From Octopus sinensis (Eukaryota): a stretch of 64,000 nt of DNA. Location of the stretch: NCBI RefSeq assembly GCF_006345805.1, contig NC_043006.1, positions 11,160,001 to 11,224,000 of the forward strand, in the 5' to 3' direction. This document shows positions 12,422-24,624 of the stretch, one piece after another; position 1 is the stretch's first letter; every line of letters begins with the position of its first letter. A model generated the notes under the pieces. That model had not been told where the DNA came from. It did no database searches and saw only the letters and a program-made list of their open reading frames with translations. Both the position numbers and the translations under genes were made by a program.

Positions 12422-12875
12422 TATTATATCATAACTTGATGCTGCGTCGACTGAGTTTCCCGCTGTCGGGCCCTAACATTAATGGTGTTAGACACTTGCA
12501 ATATATAAATTTGTAGGTCCAGCTCTCCTTAGCTACTGGATTTGTTGATCGCCTGCTTGCTTCTTTAGGGTTGGTCAAGTTGATGTAAACACCTCCCATG
12601 AAAATCTAATAAGCTTTATATGTCTACGACATAGGTTATATATATACAACGTGAAGCGAATGTCGTACACAAAATAAGTTCAATACTTTCCAGAATTATC
12701 AGACATGCTTCAATTTTTTTCTAAAATTGAAGACGATAAATAAAACCAGAGATTATTTTTTAAATGAGAATATCTTAAATAAACTTGACTTCTCTCACAA
12801 ACGAGAATACTAGAAATGAATACGGCCGGTCTCATAAAGTAAAAAAAATGCAGGAAGAATAATCCAGAATCCTTA

Positions 12876-13055
12876 TCAGGTACCGGATCGATTCCAAAAT
12901 TTAATCAGTTCGTGCCAGTCACGAGGCCAAACATGCCTGAAAGTTTCATCCGAATCCATCAAGCAGCTCTTGAGATATCTTGTCGAAGGACAAGCAAACA
13001 AACAAACAAACACGACTAAAAACAATACCTGCGCCATAGCGAAGGCGGAGGTAAT
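12876..13055 (-). mobile_element. 5' part of a second Helentron-type (HINE-like) element
   Basis: Minus strand begins attacctccgcc, as at 5904-5915; then (GTTT)n, gatatctcaaga, gatggattcggatgaaactt. No 3' end found. Confidence 0.7.
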
Positions 13056-13056
13056 C

Positions 13057-13096
<40 letters not shown>

Positions 13097-13107
13097 GGAT
13101 GATGATG

Positions 13108-13157
<50 letters not shown>

Positions 13158-14379
13158 TCGACAATACTAGTATATTATCAATAAAGTGTCAACTGTTTTG
13201 ATGCGTGACTTAAAACTCTCTCTCTCTCACTCTCTCTCTCTCTCTCTCACACACACACTTTGTGTGTTAAAGGAATATTCAGTGTTTTCCAGGCTAAAAG
13301 TACTTATATTTATGAACCAGAATTATGCCTAATGAAGATATATTAGGTTTAATAGAACACTTGGTTTTCTCTTGAAGAATTAGCTTGCAAGTAAAAATTT
13401 AACTTGCTTTCCATTATATTTATAGCAGATAGCAGATTGGTGTCTAACGTATCTTGCTTTAAGATTCTCGCTCGGTGTGAATGGTTTGTTTCATAAAATA
13501 ATTGTGTAAATGATATACATCTAATTCAAATATATAACACAAAAAATACAAGATTGAGTGAGAGTGAAAAGAATTTATTTAATTTAAAATTGTAATTGAA
13601 CATATTTTATCTTTTATTTTTGAAATTTTTAGCTTTTAAATAATTCTAAAAAGGAATAAAATCTGAAGAAAAAGGAAAAAAATAAGAATGGGATCGAATA
13701 AAAGAGAAATAGTTGAAGGGAGGTAGAAGATGAGTAATGGGGTGATAGAAAGAATCAAAAGACAATTAGGGAGAATAAAGTATAGAACAAAGAGCGAGAG
13801 AGATAAAGAAAAGCAGAAAGTATGGGACAAAGATAAAGAGAGTAAGCTGCAGAAAAGAAGAATAAGTGTTGGATGGTTGCAAAGTGGTGAGAGAGAGGAG
13901 GAAAATACGGAGGAGAAAGATAAATAGCTGGTAATGAAGCGAGGGCAAGAGAGAGAGAAGGAAATAGGTAAGAAAAGACTAAAAGCGGCAAAGCTTTCAA
14001 TGAGGTGGAGGAAGAGATAGTGAAGTAATACATACATATTCAACACTGTAGCGGAAGCAGAGCTTCAGGCAAGAAATAAAGTGAGAGAAATAGAGATAAA
14101 AGAAAAGACTAAAATCGTCAACGCTTTCAATGAAAAGCAGGAAGCCGTAGAATAGTAAAATATATGGGTTTAGCACTGTGGTGGCAACAGAGATCCAGGC
14201 AATAACTACAGACAAAAGAGAGAGACTGGAGATGAACAAATACACAAACTTTCTCCAAAATGACATATATTTATATATATATATGCATTTATGTATATTC
14301 ATGTATGAATTTTAATATGTCTACATATGTGCGCAAATATTTATGTATGTATATATGTATATGTATGTATGTATATATG

Positions 14380-14411
<32 letters not shown>

Positions 14412-14524
14412 TGTATGTATGTATGTATGTATGACGACTATGCTTGTTGCCTTTTGTTTCTAAATTGCGATTAGCCACCTTCGTAATTTATATATATATA
14501 TATATATTTAATAAATAAATAAAT

Positions 14525-14760
14525 GCGCCCTTTTAAAGCCTAGCCAGGCTCATGGGCCCGGTTTCTATGGCGTATGTGTTCCCCAGCTGGATGGGATGCC
14601 AGTCCATCGCAGCGTTACTCATTTTTGCCAGCTGGGTGGACTGGAGCAACGTAAAATGAAGTGTTTTGCTCAAGAACACAACGCGTCGCCCGGTCCAGGA
14701 ATCGAAACCACAATCTTACGATCATGCTGCTGACACACTAACCACTAAGCCACGTGCCTC

Positions 14761-14762
<2 letters not shown>
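14525..14762 (-). mobile_element. tRNA-derived SINE, head B + tail 3
   Basis: Reverse complement closely matches 35724-35962. Confidence 0.85.
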
Positions 14763-14801
<39 letters not shown>

Positions 14802-14804
<3 letters not shown>

Positions 14805-15103
14805 CGTGATCACCATAACCGACCAAGCTATCAGATGTTGCGGCACATCGCTGGTCACAATGCGCTTCGCATTGTTTTTAACCTTCAAATGACGCCACCC
14901 CGCTGGCTAAGCGAGCACACCAATAAGAGTGAGAGAAAGTTGTGGCAAAAGAGTACAGCAGGGATCGCCACCACCCCCTGCCAGAGCCTCGTGGAGCTTG
15001 AGGTGTTTTCGCTCAATAAACACTCACAACGCCCGGTCTAGGAATCGAAACCGCGATCCTACGACCGCGAGTCCTCTGCCCTAACCACTGGGCCATTGCG
15101 CCT

Positions 15104-15104
<1 letters not shown>
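14802..15104 (-). mobile_element. tRNA-Arg-like SINE, head A + tail 2
   Basis: Reverse complement matches 28044-28348. Confidence 0.85.
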
Positions 15105-15140
<36 letters not shown>

Positions 15141-15284
15141 CTTACCGGGTCATAGTGCTAGTGCATATATATATGTGTATATATATATGTGTGTACATAT
15201 TACATGTACTTCCATATATATACATCTACACATAAAATACAAAATACAAAGTTATATCTTGATATCGCTAGTGATAACAATACT

Positions 15285-15760
15285 CAAAATATATAACAGA
15301 CTAGAATTGTAGGCTCGTCTCTTGCAATTTCGATCAATTGGATCTTGTCCTCCCTCTTGTATAGTAGTGTGGCTACAATCCAGCCTACCTCTACTTCAGG
15401 GGGGATATTTTTAATTTTTATCCGGGACGTCCTATGTCCCAGATATAAAGGTAAAAATAAAATATTACCACTTTGCAAGGTTCGAGTCGAGTACTCCCTT
15501 GCACGCTCCGTTGACCACTATTATGGTTAGATATCTTTCATAGTCGCACCAAGACACTTTTCGATGGTGCTTTCCTCCAGGTGTTCAAATCTTTTTTTTT
15601 CTCTACATTGTATACTTTATAGACAATAGTCTTTTCTTTAATTTAATTTTTTATTTCGTTTGTTGGTGTTATCCTAGATTCTACGTCTTTGTCGGTAATC
15701 AATCCGAAATAGGTTTGTATTTCTTCCATTTTAATTTTAATGAGTTCGCACCCGCCGACG
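15285..15760 (-). pseudogene. Probable L1/Tx1-like ORF1 5' fragment
   Basis: STERAREYSTRTLQSGNILFLPLYLGHRTSRIKIKNIPPEVEVGWIVATLL resembles the N-terminus of Tx1-type ORF1. Family call from pattern only. Confidence 0.4.
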
Positions 15761-16324
15761 GCTGCAGCGAAATTCATTTTTGGACTTTCTGCTATCGAAG
15801 GCATTCTAACAAAAATACTTCCGTGTAAACGGTGAAAATATTGTCAATTTCCCCAAACAGGGATACAATTCAATTTTTAAGCAATAACCAAAGCTCCTTC
15901 TCCCAAAGGGGGAGAGTTACAGTTTACAATTATTTAACAAATGCTACACAACAACGTTTCCCTTACGAGGAACCAACAAACGTGATAACAATAGTTAAAC
16001 AGTAATAATAATAACAACAGTACGCAGTTGAAGCTATAGTCCTTTATGTATACTAGTCCATCTGGACTATTCCATTTCTGCACGCTAATTTTATTTTCAA
16101 TTTATTCCCATTCATGTGAAACCACTTATTCAAGTTCATTGATGCAATTTTATACCAATTGCTATTTTGACTATTGTTATGTTACGATTATATTATACTT
16201 TAGTTTGATTTTAATTATTACTTACTACATATAATTCAATTGTTATTATTATTTTTATTGTTAAAGTGAAAGCATCTGACATAAAATAGAGAAATGTTTT
16301 TGTTTCACTTTTAACACGTAATAC

Positions 16325-17075
16325 TGAAATAGTGGAGAAGATATGGTATTGCTATGGGCTCGCTCTAAACAAGAAGCTGGACATTTTTTGCCCATGAAAC
16401 TACATGGACCCTAAGTAAGGCATGTGTAAAATTTGAATGAAATTGGTTGTGTAATTCTCAAGTTTTAGGGAATCGTAGTGGAGAAGATATGATATTGCTG
16501 TGGGCTCGCCCTAGGCAAAACGTTTTAAAAATTTTTTGCTGATGACACTCCCCGGACCCTAAGTAAGGCATACTCTTTTACTCTTTTACTCTTTTACATG
16601 TTTCAGTCATTTGACTGCGGCCATGCTGGAGCACCGCCTTTAGTCGAGCAAATAGACCCCGGGACTTATTCTTTGTAAGCCCAGTACTTATTCTATCGGT
16701 CTCTTTTGCCGAACTGCTAAGTGACGGGGACGTAAACACACCAGCATCGGTTGTCAAGCATTGCTAGGGGTATAAACACAGACACACAAACACATACATA
16801 CATATACACATATATACATATATACGACAGGCTTCTTTCAGTTTCCGTCTACCAAATCCACTCACAAGGCTTTGGTCGGCCCGGGGCTATAGCAGAAGAC
16901 ACTTGCCCAAGATGCCACGCAGTGGGACTGAATCTGGAACCATGTGGTTGGTTAGCAAGCTACTTACCACACAGCCACTCCTGCGCCACTCCTGCATGTG
17001 TAAAATTTGAATGAAATTGGTTGTGTAGTTCTCACAGGGAAACACACACACATTCTCAGTTTTATACATATAGAT
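16325..17075 (-). mobile_element. Helitron-like non-autonomous element with two ~140-bp internal repeats, interrupted by a SINE
   Basis: Minus 5' end a|tctatatgtataaaactgagaatgtgtg. Internal repeat tagtggagaagatatg..ggaccctaagtaaggcatgtgtaaaatttgaatgaaattggttgtgta occurs twice. No CTAG 3' end found. Confidence 0.5.
16571..16987 (-). mobile_element. SINE family M, full length
   Basis: Reverse complement of the 10725-11140 pattern; splits the second internal repeat of the host at ggca|tgtg. Confidence 0.9.
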
Positions 17076-18116
17076 ATATATATACCCTAGCTCTCCCCTG
17101 TGGATGTGACGGTTTTTACATTAATCATGTGAACACTAACCTTTTCAAACTCAATTTTACAACTGATTGGGAACATTCAACTGGCATATAATTTATTAAT
17201 TGACTGAGTGCTGCTGTATATCTCTTTGTTTGTCAATCGATTATGCATTTCATACCTCTTTGTTTTCCAGTATCAATGACCCTCCTCTTCGTACCTATAT
17301 CCTTTCTTCTCCATTTGCCACAATCATTACGTTTGCATACATTTATTTATAATGTATCATCTACAGTTTGATTTATATATGGATATTATCTCATCAATGC
17401 TGGCAGCTCATCTATCTTATTCTATATCCGACTCTTACAAATATTTCTCTCTAGTTTATTCTCTCATCATTTATTTTATAATATAAATCTCATTTTTAAT
17501 ACAATTATGCATTGTATATTTCTATTACTTGATTTATGTTCATAAAATCTCTGTTTTATTCTTTATCTCCAATACAACTAATTCTTTCTGGCATATTCAA
17601 TTATAATTTATTTTTCATATTCCATTTTTTAAAATTAGTTTCTAATTTATATTCTTTTTGTTTTTCCTCTTACATTTATTCTGTTGTCATCTTTGTTTTT
17701 TCTGATATTATTTTTCACAGCTGCCCTTGTTTAATACGTGAGAATAGAATGGAGTACATATATCTATACATGTAACTGATATTCACATATTTATGTGGCT
17801 TGGCAACCATCTATCCATTAGATCTTTATTAAATGATTATCATAAATCCTTTGATTATTTTCGTCTTAAACTCCGTTATTCTCAGTTTTCTTATACCAAC
17901 ATCTAGTCTATATCGTGACTATACTAATAACATGATTTTTTTATTGTGCACTGTGACCAACCATTCTTTATTCCTGTTTCATCCTCGCACCATAAGGATG
18001 ATAGCAATCATTTTAGATTCTTGTGAGAGTTAGTTGGTAGCATTGAACCCAACAGTTGACTTGTTCTTAATTTATCGACCACAAAGAATAATAATAAAAA
18101 AATTTAAAAAAATAAA

Positions 18117-18150
<34 letters not shown>

Positions 18151-18171
18151 TAATAATAATAATAATATTAA

Positions 18172-18407
18172 AAAAAGCGTGCAGATGGTGTTGAAATCCA
18201 ACTTGAATGCCGAAAGTTTGATTACCACAATGAATATCTGGGCAGTCGCGCTGGTCAAATATAGTGCGTCGATATTCAAATGGACTAAGGAGGAAATATC
18301 AACACTGGATAGAAGGACGAGAAAGTCGATGGTGCTGCATGAGGTGCTACACCCTGAAGCACACGTAAACAGACTGTATATGAAAAGAACGAATTGTGGC
18401 AAAGATG
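18172..18407 (+). pseudogene. Dong-like LINE lineage B fragment (post-RT region)
   Basis: MVLKSNLNAESLITTMNIWAVALVKYSASIFKWTKEEISTLDRRTRK..HPEAHVNRLYMKR, directly after (AAT)n at 18107-18170. Confidence 0.75.
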
Positions 18408-20478
18408 GGATGCTGCAAGGGCTCATACGGCTAGAAAGATCAACTAATGATAAATAAAGCCATAACTGAAGAAAGAAGGGGGTTATGGCCTGAATCAACT
18501 ACGAAAAGGCTTTTGATTGTATTCCCCACATATTGATCCTAGATTGTATTCCCCACATTTGGATCCTAGAAACACAAGCCATGAACAGTATAGTACCAAT
18601 AATCATAAAATATATAACACACTCCATGAATAAATGACAGACAGTGCTACATCTCCAGACAAAAGAGGGACTCATAAAAGTCATAGCCATCCCCATTGGA
18701 AGAGGAATATTGCAGTGAGAGACACTCTCTCCATTCCTTTTCTACTTGGAACTGACACCGTTATCTGACTTACTCAACAGAACCGGATGTGGACATAAAT
18801 ATTACGGCAATACAATCAGCCAACTCTTATATATGGATGACCTAAAACTGTACGCTACAAATGATAAACAGCCAGAAACATTACTACAGACAGTACATGG
18901 ATTTACTAAAGAAATAAACATGAAATCTGGCTTAGAAAAATGTGTCAAAGCAGCCTTGAAAAGAAGAAAACTAGTTAAGAGTAGCAACATCACACTAGAT
19001 AAATTAAATGAAATATGAGAATTAGATCAAAGCCAGACATACAAATACTTGTGAATCAATGACCTAGATACGATACAACACAAACAAATGAAAGAGAAAA
19101 TAATAAAAGAATACTATTGACGAGTTAGATTAATACTGAAAACAGAGCTCAATGCCTAAAACACGATAATAGGTATCAAAACTCTACTCGTCTCAGTTAT
19201 AAGTTGTAGCTACAATATTCTTAACTAAAGGAACTAATCAAACTAGACAGGAAAACAAGAAAAATAATGACAGGATTTAGAATGCACCACCCAAAATCTA
19301 ACATAGAAAAGTTATATGTGCAACGTATAGAAATGTGATAGGTGCCTTATATAGCTAGAAAACTATTACAAAATGAACACTATATGACTTCAAAAATACC
19401 TACTTCAAAAAGCAAGGAATACTAATACAAATAGCCACAAAACACGAATAAGACATAAAACTATTTTCAGTCTTTAAGGAAGCTGACAAATACAAACAAG
19501 AAGTTATACTATCTAACAATAATGAAAAAAAAGAAGAAACAACAAAAGCTGTAGAACAACTGGAATCCAAACAAAAACTGGAACAGCAACGGATCATGAT
19601 AAAACGATTGCAAGAAAAGCCCCTTCATATCAAATACTGGGTTAAGCTAAACAGAAAAGAAATAGACAAAGCAAAATCCCAACAATGGCTGAGAAGCTCA
19701 GGACTCAAAGCAGAGACTCAAGGGTTTTTAATTGCAGCACAAGATCAAAGCCTCTCCACCAGAAACTATCAGAAGCATATAATAAAAAGAAACATGACAA
19801 GTGACTGCAGAATATGTGGAGATGGAGAAGAAACAATAAATCATATTGTCTCTGGCTGCCCACTCCTGGCTAAGAAGGAATATATTCCCAGACATGACAG
19901 AGTTGGGACCTTCATACACTGGACGCTATCCCACCACTGTGGAATAACAACAGAAAAAGGAGGGTATAGGCACACGCCAGAAAAGGTCACATAAAATGGG
20001 AAATCAACCATAGTATGGGATATGCCAATACATACAGGTATACAGATAGAAAATTAAGGCCAATAGGCCAGATATAGTTGTCAGAGATCACCAAGAATAA
20101 ATGTGCTTTCTAACTGAGGTCTCAATACCAACAGATGACTACGTTTCTCTAAAAGAAATGGAGAAACCTTCGAAAGACAAAGACCTGAAAATAGCGCTAA
20201 CTCAAATGTAGAGTCTAAAAACAGAAACAATTCCTATCATAATAGGCGCATTAGGTATGATAAAAATATATTCAGACAAATACGTAACAAAAACACAGGA
20301 CTAACAGATATATATAGCATACAGAAAATAGCACTACTAGACACCGCACACATCTTGTGGAAAATTCCTTCAATACAGTAACCATAAGAGCATCACAACA
20401 AACCACAGCACATACCCGAGGCACACAGAGCTGCACTCGGTAGTGCAGTGAAAGCACATAAGTATAAGACTATTGAAT
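18408..20478 (+). pseudogene. Dong-A LINE, 5'-truncated at the RT domain, complete 3' end, decayed
   Basis: LYMDDLKLYA, LEKC, WLRSSGLKAETQGFLIAAQDQSL, CRICGDGEETINHIVSGC..RHDRVG, REL region and 3' UTR. Homologous and inverted relative to 1127-2800. Confidence 0.9.
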
Positions 20479-20481
20479 GAT

Positions 20482-20930
20482 AATAATACAGAGACTACAC
20501 AATCAATTCCATGTAGTCACAACAGAAATTTCTAGAAAAAATAGGATTGGCTGATGAAAGGAACACTAAAAAAAGAAACCGAGAGCACTATACTGGCAGC
20601 TCAAGACTAATCTTTCGCCATGAACTGGAGCATCAACCTTAAGAATGAGCAAGTGTCTCCGATGTGCTGCATCTGCAACAGAGTGGATGAAACCATTGTC
20701 CATATCACGAACGATTGCCCTAGACTTCCCCGAAACCACTACCAGTTGTGGCGACACGACCAGGTAGCGAAGGTGCTGCATTGGAAACTGTGCAAAAAGT
20801 GAGGGGGGCTGGAGAGAGGCAAGACGTGTTGTGAGCACAAACCGCAGAGAATGGCAGAGTCGGAAACTAGCAAAATCCTCTAAGATTTCCCAATCCAAAC
20901 AGATCAGATGCTAGAGCATAACAGAACAAA
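20482..20930 (+). pseudogene. Dong-B fragment (CCHC knuckle to start of REL)
   Basis: KKETESTILAAQD, MCCICNRVDETIVHITNDC..RHDQVAKVLHWKLC; homologous to 56300-56660 in reverse. Confidence 0.8.
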
Positions 20931-20975
20931 CAAGTCCGAGCGCTCTGAAAAGTAAAACAATAATAATAATAATGT

Positions 20976-21358
20976 GGAGGCGCAATGGCCCAGTGGTTAG
21001 GGCAGCGGACTCGCGGTCATAGGATCGCGGTGTCGATTCCCAGACCGGGCGTTGTGAGTGTTTATTGAGCGAAAACACCTAAAAGCTTCACGAGGCTCCG
21101 GCAGGGGATGGTGGTGATCCCTGCTGTACTCTTTCACCACAACTTTCTCTCACTCTTACTTCCTGTTTCTGTTGTACCTGTATTTCAAAGGGCCGGCCTT
21201 GTCACTCTCTGTGTCACGCTGAATATCCCCGAGAACTACGTTAAGGGTACACGTGTCTGTGGAGTGCTCAGCCACTTACACGTTAATTTCACGAGCAGGC
21301 TGTTCCGTTGATTCGGATCAACCGGAACCCTCGTCGTCGTAACCGACGGAGTGCTTCC
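20976..21358 (+). mobile_element. tRNA-Arg-like SINE, head A + tail 1
   Basis: A box tggcccagtgg, B box gtgtcgattcc; near-identical to 40445-40825. Confidence 0.9.
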
Positions 21359-21409
21359 ATCCAATAATAATAATGCTTTCTATTATATGTCTATCAAAAC
21401 AACGAATTC

Positions 21410-21735
21410 AGCACCATGTGTTGAGAGGAATTCTTTGGGGTTTGAATAATTCACCTCTGGAAACATGGGTGTTTTGTTCAACATCCTTAAACAACCCTTA
21501 TTCAGGGACCTTTTGAGCAGGATGTGTTACTCGACCAGAAGAAAATTCTAACTGGACCCCCACCTGCAAGGTCACGCGCTGTTAATCTTGATATGAGATC
21601 ACCATGTTGTATACACATGGTTGTGATGCATGTGCCTAGTATACCCTTATCAGACGGGTAGTCATGATGCGTATATACTGGGCTCCGTATATTTTACCCT
21701 AGTGTCACTTTGATGGCATGCACTGCTCTCCCACT
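21410..21735 (+). mobile_element. Element N, 5'-truncated
   Basis: Reverse complement of 54574-54900; followed by (AAT)n. Confidence 0.85.
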
Positions 21736-21793
21736 GCATAATAATAATAATAATAATAATAATAATATAATAATAATAATAATAATAATAATA

Positions 21794-22563
21794 CCGGTAT
21801 CAATACCGGCAGATGACAACGTGTCTCTAAAAGAAATGGAGAAACTCTCAAAATACAAAGACCTGGAAATAGAGATAACTAGAATGTGGAACCTGAAAAC
21901 AGAAACAATTCCTATCATAGTAGGTGCATTAGGCATGATAAAAAAATATTCAGACAAATACATAACAAAAACACCAGGACTTACAAACACATATAACATA
22001 CAGAAAATTGCACTACTAGGCACTGCACACATCCTACGCAGAACACTTTCCATACAATAACCATCAGAGCATCACAACAAATCACAGCACATACCCAAGG
22101 CACACAGAGCTGCGCTCGGTAGTGAAGTGAAAGCACGCTATAAAAATAAAACTACTGAATAATAATAATAATAATATAATAATAATAATAATAATAATAC
22201 CGGTATCAATACCGGCAGATGACAACGTGTCTCTAAAAGAAATGGAGAAACTCTCAAAATACAAAGACCTGGAAATAGAGATAACTAGAATGTGGAACCT
22301 GAAAACAGAAACAATTCCTATCATAGTAGGTGCATTAGGCATGATAAAAAAATATTCAGACAAATACATAACAAAAACACCAGGACTTACAAACACATAT
22401 AACATACAGAAAATTGCACTACTAGGCACTGCACACATCCTACGCAGAACACTTTCCATACAATAACCATCAGAGCATCACAACAAATCACAGCACATAC
22501 CCAAGGCACACAGAGCTGCGCTCGGTAGTGAAGTGAAAGCACGCTATAAAAATAAAACTACTG
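21794..22563 (+). mobile_element. Two tandem, apparently identical 364-bp Dong-A 3' ends (21794-22157, 22200-22563)
   Basis: Open REL C-terminus SIPADDNVSLKEMEKLSKYKDLEIEITRMW..LGTAHILRRTLSIQ* plus 3' UTR; period 406 bp; (AAT)n before, between and after. Confidence 0.95.
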
Positions 22564-22579
22564 AATAATAATAATAATA

Positions 22580-22800
22580 ATAATTCTTTCTGCTATGGGC
22601 CCAAGGGCTGAAATTTGGAAGGAGGCAAGTAGTTGATTATATCGACTCCAGTTCTTGACTAATATTTACTCTATCGGCCCCAGTAGGATGTAAGGTAAAG
22701 TCGACCTTGACGGCATTTGAACTCAGAACGTAAAGGACCAGAAGAAATACTACTAAGAATTTTGTTCGACGCAGTATGATTCTCCCAGCTAACAGCCTTC
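22580..22800 (-). mobile_element. SINE family U, ATT-tailed variant, diverged
   Basis: Reverse of gttctgagttcaaat..gtcgactttaccttacatcc core. Confidence 0.7.
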
Positions 22801-22997
22801 TTAATGATAATAATAATAATCTGTTCTCTGTTTTGTATTAATATGACCCATTTTGATGTCTAATCTCTTTTAGATAATTCGATAATTCTTGTTTTTCTCT
22901 AATTTGGGGATTTTTTGGTTTTTATATTTGTATTTGGATCTAAATGTTTGGTTGTATGTGAATAAAGAGAATTCATCTAGATAACAAATTTTCGTCA

Positions 22998-22998
22998 G

Positions 22999-23030
<32 letters not shown>

Positions 23031-23061
23031 GTGGTGATGATGATGATGATGATGGTGATGG

Positions 23062-23104
<43 letters not shown>

Positions 23105-23105
23105 A
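22998..23105. repeat. (GAT)n microsatellite
   Basis: Direct reading. Confidence 0.95.
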
Positions 23106-24536
23106 TGATATAGCATCGTATGATTTTGAAACTTTTTGCCGATGGCTAATGGTGTTTTCAGTTGATATGCAAAATATTTTCTTTCACGGCATTTCCTTAT
23201 TTCCGTTAGAACATAAAATTTATTCTGATATTAATTTTTTTATATTTCTGGTTTTTTGGTCTTTTTTTTTGTCCTCTTACGTCTCCGATCCTCCGCCTTA
23301 TTCTGTGATTTCTTATCGGCCACCAATCATACTTCCACACACAGTTACAATCGAAAATATTCAAAGAGTCTCTGTACCTTATTAAGTTAGATGACAAATA
23401 TATACCTTTTCTGAGCCAGTGCCTTCTATATATAAGCTTTCTTTTTCTCTTCTCTTTCTTCGTCTACCTTGTCTCATTTCTATCTTTTCTTAATTTTCTG
23501 AATATATATATATTTAAATCTTAAACTTTATCTTTTACCTTTCCACGTAATAAGTTGTTTTCTGTGAATGATATTATTTTGTTGAGTTTTCGTTCTTACT
23601 CAAGTATAAAAACGGATATAATAGATATTTATTCTGATCTTTGATAAAATACACTATATTGAAACATCTACTAATATGTAAAGTATTAGATATAATTTCA
23701 TTCATATAATACACATTCGTGAGTGTGTATATAGGTGTATGTGTGCGCGCGTGTCTGTTCATAAAAATTGTTTTTTAAAAAAATTATAAGAGGTATCGGT
23801 GAACATTCCATAAAAATATAGGGTACCCAGAATACCTTGGAAGTCATAATGCCGCACGTGAATTTCATCTAAATTAACAGCCTCTACATCACATTACATC
23901 AAGATACAAGACGATATCAACATCGAGATACAAGACGAGGAAATTATTGTAGGTTCATTTATACGCAATGTATACGCATATACAACTCGTCTCTAAGCAT
24001 TCCAAGAAACCACCGCACCCCACACTACCACGCACATACACCTCTTCTATACTATATATATGGATATACTCCTACACGTGCACACACCACTCCTCCTCCT
24101 CATTCAAAAGTCCTCCTCATAAAACCGCATTGCCACTAAGCCCCTAACATTTTATTTTCTTTCTCGCCACCCTTTTCTCCTCTTTTTTACTCATCCTTTC
24201 TCATCTTACCTTTTTCTGATGAACAACCAACGTCCGAAACGTCGACGATTCTTTTGTTTTCAAGCGTTATAATGATAATACCTTTGTTAAAACTTGACCT
24301 CGTTTTGCCTTCTTTTTGGTTCATTACTTAATATATATACTACTACTACTATTACTACTACCAACACATGTTTAGGATCTTTCTTCATTAGTTTCCGTTT
24401 AGTGTGTCTTAAACAAAGTCATCCTGTCGCATCTCATACATTTCTAAATATTTTCCCATGAAAAGATTCTATTTCAGCTCGGAAAGATAAACCGATGCTC
24501 GTCAATTACGGAGCGCTCCCACTAGTTATAGAGGCG

Positions 24537-24624
24537 GATTGGATTGGCTTGGCTGAGTTTGGCTTGCCTTGACTTGGCTTGGCTTGGTTTGGATTGGATT
24601 GGCTTGGCTTGGATTGGATTGGAT
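24537..24624. repeat. Pentanucleotide array (TTGGM)n
   Basis: Mixed ttgga/ttggc units, about 17. Confidence 0.85.

Noticed and set aside
13960-14205. Degenerate 130-bp tandem duplication in a purine-rich tract
   Set aside because: Real but heavily decayed, with no coding or structural signal; nothing further could be supported.
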